NCBI GenBank assembly: GCA_973895155.1
Contig: OZ316898.1
Span: forward strand, 436,751-500,750
Direction: 5' to 3'
DNA length: 64,000 bases
Source: Marsupella aquatica
Lineage: Eukaryota; Plantae; Marchantiophyta
Made by a program: the position numbers and the translations under genes
The notes under the pieces: generated by a model
The model's database searches: none
Seen by the model: only the letters and a program-made list of their open reading frames with translations
What the model was told of the DNA's origin: nothing
In this document: piece after piece, positions 1-10,775 of the stretch
Layout: each line of letters opens with the position of its first letter
Position numbering within the stretch: position 1 is the stretch's first letter

Positions 1-1256
1 TGACATGCCTCAGGGTGGAGAAGAGATATCAATGTACCTATTGAAATATTCTTCACACGGGAAGGAGTTGCCAAGGGATGAGCTGACTGAACTTCTTGAA
101 TAACATCTTCCGCCTTTTTTTTTGCAACTCGACACTTCCCCATTCGGATCGGATGATCATGAACTCCCATATGCACTGCGAGTCTAGACATGTGTTTTGA
201 GACATGAGAGTCCAAAGTTGGCTTTGCATAAACATAAAACATCATTGCTGGACAAGGCCGGACACAATAAGGTCTCTTGTCACAAAAGCCACAAACCAAA
301 CCTCCTTCCGCAACCAGATTTCCCGGCTGGAAGACATCGGTCATTAGTGATCTTCCAGGAAATGTTGCTTCATTCCTCATTCCTGTCTCCTTGAACCTTG
401 AACAATTCAAATTTTGGCACTGCACAACACCACTGCAACGGACCTTGAAAACAGACCAGTGATTACGTGGCTTTAGGTTAGCCGAAGTAGTGACCAAGCG
501 GGTCCAAGGGTAGCCATCATTGTCGCGGTCCATGTCAAGAAGCCCTTGACCGCGACCAAATCTTGACTCCACTGGAGGAAGCTCATATACCTTGTCTCCA
601 TTGTAACTTGTTGGAAGACGATCAACATGGACATCAACCCACGAGACATCTCTTCTAAATCTTGCTAGCTCACTTGCCCCAGTAATGCTCAAAAATGCTT
701 CAAGCACACCAATTCTGTAGACTTTCTGCAAAAGATGACATCCCGGAGCACTTGGAAGAGCAGTATCTACTTCCAATTTTGTAGAACAACTTCCAAAAAC
801 AGAATTGGTACCCTCAAGAGTTGTAAACTCAAAACTAGAGGCCTGGACATTTGTTTCTCTCCCCGGGGGAGAGTCCAGGTCTACAAGCACTTTTCCTTGA
901 GGGTTCTGGAAAGGCTCTGGAAACTCATCTTTGCCTGATATAACCTCCACCACATCTCCGGAAGCAACCTCCCAAACTCTTTCACCACTTAGTAGAGTTC
1001 CTGAAATTAATTCGTCCTTCCTTGATCCATGAAGTGAAACAAGAAAGAACAATCTCGAAATGAAATCACAGTTATTGAGCCCAAATCTTGTCAAAAGAAA
1101 GGCCTCGGCCACATTAGTGATCTTTCTCACAGATGAAAGAGTAACAATGTCTCCAGTGCTCCGACACCAGAAGATGATGCTCGGAGCCCTCGGGGGGTTG
1201 ACTATCAAAAAATTTTGGAACCACGTGCGATCCAAAATAGGTATTTTTGATATAAA
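1..1256 (-). CDS. Partial ORF running off the left edge: WRKY/GCM1-type zinc-finger protein, probably the N-terminal part of a Mutator-like transposase (true start uncertain)
   Basis: Manual translation of the minus strand is stop-free from 1256 to 1, so it has no stop in the window and is absent from the ORF track. It reads ...VDRLPTSYNGDKVYELPP...MDRDNDGYPWTRLVTTSA...KVRCSGVVQCQNLNC...RNEATF...CGFCDKRPYCVRPCPAMMFYVY...RLAVHMGVHDHP. The Cys clusters ending in HxGxHxH fit the WRKY-GCM1 zinc-finger fold found in MULE transposases. Confidence 0.65.
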
Positions 1257-1475
1257 TTAACTAAATTTTTAAAAAGCGTAGGAGGCAAAAGAAGGTATTA
1301 TAAACTCATGTTTACAAAATATTCTCTAATATATACCTTTTATAAAGTAAGATAGGTTATTAGTATTAAAAATGGAGAATATTCTTGGGATATTTTCTTT
1401 ATAAAATAGGTCTATTTATATTAGGCTAGGATCGCACATGGTACCCCAAAATATACACTTAGTTAACCCCCCGAG
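1189..1475. repeat. Imperfect ~45-bp inverted repeat pair enclosing an AT-rich spacer
   Basis: 1189-1233 (ctcggggggttgacta...ttttgg..accacgtgcgatcc) matches the reverse complement of 1429-1475 (ggatcgcacatggt...ccaaaa...tagttaaccccccgag). Confidence 0.6.
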
Positions 1476-1647
1476 TCGGAGCCATAAAATGAGGACCAAG
1501 ACAAGAACCCAAATATCACAAACATCATGGATGAATATATAGAATAATATGAAGACATTAAAGTTTAGAATAAAATGGAACATCACTTTAACATTGCATA
1601 TACGACAAAACTTCAACGGCTCTAATACCTTCAAGAAATGAATTATT

Positions 1648-2275
1648 GCTAGCGATATCGCTGGCCTAAATTTGCTATCATAAAGGTCTCCATATAATCC
1701 AAAGTTATATCTTGTAATCGTCCAAAACATTGACTGTTTTCTGTTGACAACAAGGATATCTTGGGTTTTTCTAGGATGTTTACTGAGCTTGGAGTACATT
1801 AGGAGGATTATTGAACTTGGAGCTTTGTGTTAAACAACGGTTTTTGCTAGCGACCTCGCTAGACATAAATTAGGAAATTTTTCTGTTTTTAAGATGGACT
1901 CTATTCTTAAACCAACTATATTTTAGTGATTCTATAATATGATTTTCACTCACAAATTGACATTAACAGGGGAGAGGATTCGGAGATGTCCCATAAATTA
2001 AACCTTTTAGAAACCCTGAATCAGGCCAGCGATATCGCTAGCCTGATGCACCCAAAATTTAGGGTAGACATTTATTTGAGTTTGGGATTAAATTGAGGGA
2101 CATCGAAACAAATATATTTCCAAAACGTTATGTTGACACATTAAAAATTGTTAAGTTTGTTTGACTTCTGTCAAGTATTTTAGAATTTAGGAAAGAATTA
2201 AGGGTTCATTTAAAAAACAATACATCATTTTTAACCTACCCCATTAGCACTAATTTGGCCAGCGATGTCGCTGGC
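1648..2275. repeat. Array of four 18-bp palindromes GCYAGCGA-NN-TCGCTRG(C)
   Basis: Copies at 1648-1665, 1846-1863, 2025-2042 (extends to a near-perfect 26-bp palindrome, 2021-2046) and 2258-2275. A fifth copy is at 7022-7039, with half-sites at about 7134-7161. Confidence 0.85.
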
Positions 2276-2820
2276 AAAAAATGGTCTAAATATATGTCTT
2301 AAACAAAGTATGGAGTTTGCCTATTTTTCCTTATCAGTCATCTAATCAGTCATCTAACTACAAAATTATATTACCGTTGGAAGGGTTAACTTCATTTTGA
2401 AGAGTAAATTTCATAAAAACTTCCTTTTCTACATCCATCGGCATATTTTGTACTTTTTGAGAATGGTTATTTTCAACGGACACCCAACCCAAGTTGGTCA
2501 ACTATAGAGTAATTGACTCAAACCGTTGGAGTCAAATGTACATTTCATCCAAACGAGTTGTTGTTAAGCAGTAATTAGACTCATTCTTAACGTTAACTGA
2601 TGCTCTATTAACATTAGTTAGCACCGGCGGGCCGGGATCTTTGGCATCAAGGTGTTAAATACTGATATTCCCTGTCAATGTCAAATACACTATAGGTTAC
2701 TTTGGATTCCCCCGATATCTTGCTTAGGATTCCTAACACATGTGACTTTGGATTCCTTTGCAAATCCCTGTACCAATTCCTTGTATTCCGTTTACGTGGT
2801 TCTCCTCTCCTTATCAGTCG

Positions 2821-5800
2821 ATGGCAACTTTTGCATCCCCTGAGTCTATTTTGTCCGTTGCCTCACAATCAACTGCCTCTCAACGTCGAGAGACCAGGAG
2901 TTCTTCGAGCCACAAAGCACTTGCTTCGGGGCTGAAGACTCCAAGGAGGCGAAAGCTTGTTGATCCTATGGATATTGTGCCACCTTCGATGGATTCTGCC
3001 AAGTCCGAGCCTTTCTCAGTTGTCATTAACCGCCATCTTTACCAGTTTGGGCCGGACAAATTTGGGTATCCTCTGGTTCCCCCTTGAATTCCATTGTGTC
3101 GGATGCGGAACATGCAGCTTGTGAGGTCTCTTCGGACAGATTCGAATGCAATTGAGACTTTGAAGAATGAGTTCCGGGCTCAAGGGTACATTGAGGACGC
3201 GCCTCATTTTTATGTGCAAATGACAAATGAGAATGGCAACGTGCAGTTTCTCAACAACACAATCAAACAGAGCTGGGATCCAATGTGGTTGGCGCAAAAT
3301 GAAGTTTTCGAGAGGGAGTGTGATTCGCATCCTGATTTTGCTGTGCTCAAGGATAAAATGTTTTGTGTTTTTGATGGCAATCACCGTCTCTATTCGTGGA
3401 ACCTGCTTGTTGCTGAGAATCCTCACAATGTCAAATATCATCCTCGAGTTGTCTCGAAGATATTCAAAGGAGAGAAGGATACTTTCATGCAGATTGAATC
3501 TGCAATGCATGCTCTCAATCGGTGAGAAGATCTTAGACACATTTGATCTTTTTCCTCCATCTTTTGTGCATGATTTGTTCTTGTTGAATTCTGAATTTTT
3601 TCCTCATTGTCAGGTTGACACAATGCCACGTCAAAAATTTGTGGGTGCTGGAAGCTGATCGGGTCCAGAAGATTTTGCGCACAGACCTCTCAGTTTACAA
3701 AGATTTAATTGATCCAGAGAATTTCAAGTTATTTCAGTAGAAGATGCAAAATGTGAAGAAGCCGTCGTGGTATTCAAAGCAAATGACCTTAGTTGCATGT
3801 ATTTATATTCTTTCAGCGGAAAACATAGCTTCGCAAACTGCTGACTTACTCAAGAAGTTTGCACTGAAGGAGGAACTTGGTGAACCTCTGTCGAAAGCTT
3901 CAAAGGACATTGCAATTCGAGATATGATGAAGGAGCAACTCTCTGATTGGAATGTCAAAGTTCCAAAGTTTGCCCCGCTTTTGAATCCAGACTTTGGGGA
4001 TTTCTTCAAGAAATGTGTTGAGATGCACAATTATTGTGAGAAAGAAAGGAAGGAAGCTCAACGGACGGATGATAAGGGGAGAGGGAATGTTTCGTGTGGC
4101 CTTGATCGTGCAAGGCTTTTCACCGGGGTAACTTCTCTGAGTCCACAACTCCGTTGCACTCTTCTCGAAGCACAGTGCAGACCAGAGTTGCATAAACAAT
4201 ATTTCCACCCATCTCAATTTTTGGATAGTGAGACCAAGCTCTGGTTGCATCGATGGGCAACCTGGGAACAGGTAGAGTCCATTGCGAGGTGCTTATTAAG
4301 TGAAGCAATCTCTGAGATTATTGTCACTGTCCCTGAATCTAGAATTTTTTCTTCCCCAGAGAATAGTCAGGCATCCCTCCTTGTTGAAATTGATGATGAG
4401 TTTGAGGATTTCCTGCAGCGGGTTAAGGTAAGGTTCTTTAAGAGCATCTGGAACCCGAAAGTTGGGGAGAAGATTGACATTGCTGCTTTCCATGGAGGGC
4501 AGAAAGATATGTTTACAGGTTTTTTGTTGATCGGGAGGTAGCAAATAGATCTTTTTGGTGGTGTTATCCGACATGTTTCTCTCAATGGGCGCAATATGCA
4601 AGAGATGATTCCGGTTGTGAGAAGTTTGGGGAGTACTCGATGTACCCTATTGAGGACATTGAACCCTTGCGGAAGATAAGTGAATGGGAGGTATTGCATT
4701 GTCCCTAGTATTTAGATTCGGAGAATTGGTCACTGACATTTGATGTGACAGAGAAAGTTGCGCTTCAAAAGATCAATCGTGGCTTGGTCCCATAATTCTT
4801 TATTAGTGAATCTAAATTGTGCAACCCGGAAGTAGAAATTGCTGGCTGTGTGTCGATGGAGCAAGCATGCCTCGGGGTGGCACCAACTATTGATAGGAGC
4901 CGCCCTCAGAAATTGAAGAGGGATGTTGCCAAGGAGGTATCAAAAGACGGCTCTATGATTTCTGGAAAGAAAAGTAAGTTTTCTTATCTCTCCGAAGCTT
5001 ACTTCTATTACCTCTCCCAAGTTGCTATTCTGATTAAGTTTATGACATATCTTGAGGCTCTTAGGTTGCTTTTTGTATCCAGAAAGGAGGAAGTCTTCGG
5101 GTTCTGAGAGTGTTCAAACTGTGACTAATGGTCGCCAGGAGGATCTTGTTGAGCCTGAGTCTCCCGATTTTGAAATTGTGACTAAATTGGGAGGTGATAA
5201 GTCAGGGTCCCAGAGGTTGAAGAAGAAGAGAAAGGTTCAAGTGTTGTCAGATTCTGATGAGGAAGAAATTTCAATCCGAGAGGGTGTCACGAGGCTCTAT
5301 GGACTCCAGTTGGATGGAAGGAGACATTTCCTTGCAAAGAGTAATCTGCGCTTGACGGTTGACTCAATAAGTATGAAGAAGGTTTGACCTTCTTGGATGG
5401 GGGAGGGGGATCAATGGCTTTCGGAGATTTCAAGTTCTTCCGAACACCCGAATCCCTTAAAAATCAATAGGAAGCCTCGTGTTACCGATGTGGACGTTCC
5501 CCCATGGAATGTCTGGGTTGAGAAGCTCCCTTACTATTTCTTTGGAGTGATGAGGCCCATGTTGGCCGATGATGGGTATGTGGCCGTTCTCCACAGTGGA
5601 GAATTTAACCCTACAAAGCAAATTTTTGCTATTGTTGAATAGAGGAACAAATTTAAACACCTTCAGAAGTACCACGTTTTATTGGGGTCCCCAATGTGGA
5701 TGCCAGACATGAACATTGAGGTGAGATTTGTGTAAAATTTGCATGGTTTAGTATGTTGTTTTGACAGCGATCTCTCTGGCCTTCCTGGATTCATTAATTG

Positions 5801-6344
5801 ACATTTTTTTGTTCTTTTCCAGGTTTGCAACTTAAGCCTGGATGTCTTTTGTCGAGTGGAATTCAATGGGAAGATCCCAAAAGACCCAAAGTATGTCCCT
5901 TTGGCAACGTCTGAAGATGCATCACATAAGACGATGTTGAGTCTTTGTTATCCAAAAAGGGATACCAAGGCAGAGTTAGCTTTTTCTGGTTCTTGTCGGT
6001 TGTCTGTTGGATTCATGCAGGCTGTGATGGAGCTTCTCACAAAGCCTAGAGACATTGTGCTTGATTGGAATATTGGAGACGACAGTTCATTTTCAGCTGG
6101 AGAACTCTCCGGGAGGTTTGTTGTTGGGGTCAAGGATAGGGATGTTCTCCATGGTGCTGCAGAGAAGGCATTGAAGAGTGTTCTTGAGAGACACAAGAAA
6201 ATTGAAGACCTCACTAAAACATTGGAGGACTTCGATTCAAAGGATGAATTTTCTCTTGCAGGATCAAACAGTGGAAAAAACAAAGATGAGGCTCCTAATG
6301 TTCCTGATGCAAAAGATGGGGATGATGAATTTGACCAGGAGTAA
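2821..6344 (+). pseudogene. Four-exon ParB-like + beta-class N4/N6 DNA methyltransferase-like gene, disrupted (TE cargo)
   Basis: Frame-preserving GT-AG introns at 3522-3613, 4974-5082 and 5721-5822 join the listed ORFs. The ParB-like motif is VFDGNHRLYSW (DGNHR at 3373-3387). The C-terminal FMQAVMELLTKPRDIVLDWNIGDDSSFSAGELSGRFVVGV resembles MTase motif X-I (T.PGD.VLDPF.GSG...GR..IG). YFFGVMRPMLADDGYVAVLH resembles motif V/VI. Premature stops lie at about 3085, 3738, 4539, 5385 and 5640. Confidence 0.7.
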
Positions 6345-7812
6345 TGTACTGGTCCTCTCGCTTATACCAGATCCCTTTGCTTTAATCAATTGGCTGGTGA
6401 AGCTTGCTATCGTCTTTCGATTGGATATTTCATTGATAGTGCTCTCATTGTTTTCATGATTTTAGAGATTCTCGTGTCGACTGGTTTTCTGAAGAGAGAT
6501 TTTGGCTTCGAAGGAAGATTGAAGAATCTTGCATTGTTTCTCCTTAGAAGACGTTTACTCTGCCTTGCTATGCAGAGAAGTCGGCAATTCAGTCGGATGA
6601 TGCTTTTGTAATCTCCTAGGAAGGCAAAGGTCATAGGTCACATCGTGGCGCCAGACAAAATTTATATTGCTTGCCTTTTGTTGACGATGAGGCATGCCTT
6701 GTTAAGCAATATGTTGATGAGTCTGCTGAGTCAACTGATCGGGATTTCAGTAGTGACCAGAGCAATACTAGTAGTAGGAATGATATAGAGTCGGATGAAA
6801 GTTCAAGTGACTTATGATTTTATGAGGGAATAGAACGATATCCCTGGACAGTTTACTCACTTACTGTCAATTTTGACAAAGTATTGGAGGCAGTACACTT
6901 TTTGGAAATATGACTTTGAAACGGGTTTGAAATCTGAATTGATTCATTCACTATGCCTTTTCATATCCGCCTGGTGTTTTACTAGCTTGTGTTTATTCAT
7001 ATGGTTTGTCAATGATTGAAGGCTAGCGACCTCGCTGGACATAACATTGTATGATCCCATTCTGGAAAAAAGATTAATTTCTGTTGTAGAAGTCTCACTA
7101 TACTCCCAATTTGCCACTCTGACCATTAGTTTTACCTCGCTAGCAACCATTAACCTCGCTGTCAATATCTCCTCTTTCCTCACACCATACAAACCCCCCT
7201 TACACATTGTTGCCATTCAAATGACACATGACAGAGTTAAACACATTAATATTCGGTATCACTTCATCAGACAAGCAGTGTTAGTAGGAAAGGTTGAGTT
7301 AGTCAAGATTGATGGTAAACTCAATCCAGTTGACATGTTAACCAAGGTTATCGGTCATGGTGATTTTGCAAGACATTGCAATTCACTGCATGGTATCTTA
7401 GCTTCAGATTGCTAGCAGTTAGCTCAAGGCTAGAGTCAAGGGGGATTTTGTTACGGTTTTGACTCAACCTTGGCTAAGTTAACTAGAGTAAGTTAACCGG
7501 AGTTGACATTAGTTGACTAGACTCTTCATGACGGGATAACCCTCTTTGTATCCCATGGAGAGAAACAATTAGTCACTAGTAGAAACCGGGGGGTATTTAG
7601 ACCGCATTAAACGACTATTCAGTACCGTATAGGACTTGGAAACGACTGGGAAGGACTCCAGTCCTTTTTAGGACTGCGAGTCGTATGTTTTGTTACTATA
7701 ATCAACTGAGTCCTTTATAGAACTGGTTTGTAAGTCGTTTAATAGACTGGATTTTCAGTCTATTGTAGTCTTTGTGTGGGTAGCTTTGGTGAGTCGTTTT
7801 CAGTCTTTTATA

Positions 7813-8100
7813 CACTAGTAGAAAACATTGTCTTTAAGGACTCTAATGAGGACTAAAAAATCAGTCATTTCTACCATTTTATGACTAGAGCTTTTTGGTC
7901 ATACTTGCCTCGTCTTTTAGGACAGTCAAATAAGACAAATGACTAAAACTCCCATCAGTCATTTATGGGTGTCTGAAATGACACAAATATTTGGAAATGA
8001 CACGGTGTCCAAAATGACTGAATGAACGGTCGTCAGTCATTTTTCCATGTCTTTAATGACATTCAAAATGACATATATCTAAACAAATGATATTAGAACA
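7813..8100 (+). mobile_element. Orphan second CACTA terminus nested inside the first
   Basis: CACTAGTAGAAAAC at 7813 is followed by its own aaatgac/gtcattt subterminal repeats. No matching right end was found. Confidence 0.6.
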
Positions 8101-8899
8101 TGTGGCAATTACACAAGTGCACACAATGTTGTCATTATAAGTCAGGTTATAGGGTGTCTCAGGTTATTTGGGACGTCTCAGGTTATAGGGTTCATGGGAG
8201 GTGAGATCTTGCACAGTTTCACATGATTGATATTCAAAATGAAATCCACAATGCGTCCACAACAAGACCCACAACAAGATTAAAAATGTAAGCATGTTAC
8301 ATCCCAATGATTGGAAACCACTAAACAATAACAAAAACATCATGTATATGACATTCACAATAAAGAACTCAAAGAACTCCTAGATCTTATATTGAAAGGA
8401 TCCAAACATTTTTATTGTTAACAATTGTACATTTCAGAAACTGTCAATAGATCTACTATGTGGGCAATCATGATCGTCTAATCCTATCCCCCAAACTAGC
8501 TTATGCTCCTTGAACTTTGTCAAACTTGCTCAAGGAGTGATTTCATTGCTCACCAGAAATTGATCATGGCAAGACATGTACAATTGATGCAACAGCAGTC
8601 CTGTAATCACACACAAGAGTTGTGAGACATCATGTAATCTCTATTATGTGAAATAATTGTTAGGCAATCTGGTTCCAATTGGTTAGACAAAATAAAAATT
8701 CACCTGGGCAGAGGCTCTGTTGGGACATTCTTCACCTGGGCAGAGGAATATGATGAGCTCAATCTAACAGTTAAAGGTACAGTTGGAGCATACCAGTTGC
8801 ACTATCATCTCAAGGATTACTTACTCCTGCATGAAGAATTACTTTAATCTTTCAGAAATTAATCCCAACTTTGCCATGCCAACTTGAGAATCAAAACTA

Positions 8900-9360
8900 C
8901 TGCACCACACAAAAACTTCACTACATTTGGACTTTAATCTGTACAAGTGATATGCAGTAAGTAGCTTATTGCAAGAAACACACAAAGGTAGAATAGAAAA
9001 AAATTATCACCTTAGGATGTGAAGTCCTCAAAACCCATAGGATGGCCATAGCACTACTGTACATAACAGAGAACAAACTACAGTTATTTTAAAAGAGATT
9101 AGGCACAAATGCTCTTGTTTCACCCTCCAAGAAATAACCTTTTCAAACCAAATTGTCCTGCACCACACAAAAACTTCACTATATTTATACTTTAAGTTTT
9201 ACAAGTGATATGCAGTAAGTAGCTTATTGCAAGACACACACAAAGGTAGAATAGAAAAAAAAATGATCACCTTATAATGTGAAGTCCTCAAAACCCATAG
9301 GATGGCCATAGCATTACTGTACACAACAGAGAACAAACTAGAGTTATGTTAAAAGAGATT
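8900..9360. repeat. ~205-bp direct duplication inside the CACTA, containing a minus-strand AG-exon-GT unit
   Basis: ctgcaccacacaaaaacttcact...aaaagagatt occurs at ~8900-9100 and ~9158-9360. Confidence 0.85.
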
Positions 9361-10098
9361 AACATGCTATGCTTGTGATCACAGCGCCTCTCAGATCCCC
9401 CCTCCTTATGCTGCATCAACTTTGTGGCCCAGAGGTGGCCCAGAAGTATCAATAGGTTGTCCTATTCATCCTCTCTCGTTTTCTATTATGCAATCACCAA
9501 GGCCACAAGAGATGAGAAACTTCTTGGACCAAACTTTGATTCATTAAAAACGAGAACTCCCCAAATTAGAATTAAGGATGCTTCTAAGCTTTGAGGCGCC
9601 CAGATCCCTCCCCAACCTTATGCTGCATCCACTTCGTGCCCGCCCAGAAGTGTACATTGCCGAGAACACTTGAAACGCTGCATTGGAGATATACACATGT
9701 TCAGATTTCTCAGGCAGTAGTCTACAAAACAAAGAGGGACAGAGGGAAAACGTGATAGCCAAAAAAACAAGGGAGAGAGAAAGAGATTGCCACCTGCCAA
9801 ATACCAGGTCATTTTCTACTTCAGAAAATTCCATGCAAAAATCTCTCTACACATCTCTTAGATGTGGTACAGTCCTTACACAACTCTTGAAATGAGTGCA
9901 GGACCTGAGTGTCAATGGAAGCGTAGCAAGCCAAAGGCAATTCTGCAATTCTTTAAATCCAAAATGTTTTTTGCAGAAATTCGTTTTCAAAACCTCTCTA
10001 GGCTGACATACCTGTAAAGCAACATAATTTTGAGTTAATGACATTGTCAATCCGCAACAAAACAGAGAGTACTATGATGCATTAGGATGATCTCTTCA

Positions 10099-10775
10099 AT
10101 CTGCTTCTAAAGACTCCAAGATCGCAAATTTTACTTAAGATTTGAAATAGTTACACTAAATTGAATTTCTTAGATTTTTGCAGAACTTTTCTTGACAGCT
10201 ATTTTCTATTTGACATTGTTGAGTCAAATCCTCATGAAATTCTGTGTGGAATACATCGTTGGAAAGATCTTCAAGAGACTATTCTAATGAGCCCATGATT
10301 ATCAACATTCATCAAGAATTGAGTGAGTAATTTGAAAAGTAGATTTTGCAGTTCATTGTACGTATGGACAGTGAAGCTTGAAAACATCCACGTACTGTAC
10401 TGAGGAGAAACTTCAAGAGTTGAATGGTTGTGGCATGGTGCATCAGAAAGATATGTTAAATCCGCTTCTAACCACTCCAAGATCGCAGATTATACTTAAG
10501 ATTTGAAAAAGTTACACTAAATTGAATTTCTCAGATTTTCGTAGAACTTTTTTTGACAGGAATTTTCGATTTGACATTCCCGAGTCAAATCCTAATGAAA
10601 TTCTGCGTGGAATACATCATTGGAAAGATCTTCAAGAGACGATTCTAACTAGCCAATGATTGTCAACATTCATCAAGAATCGAGTGAGTAATTTGAAAAA
10701 TGGATTTTGCAGTTCATTGTGTGGACATTGGAACTTGAAAAAATCCACGTACCGTATTGAGAAGAAACTTGAACA
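10099..10775. repeat. ~360-bp period tandem duplication inside the CACTA
   Basis: aatcYgcttctaa..actccaagatcgca...gaaactt starts at ~10099 and ~10459. Confidence 0.85.
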
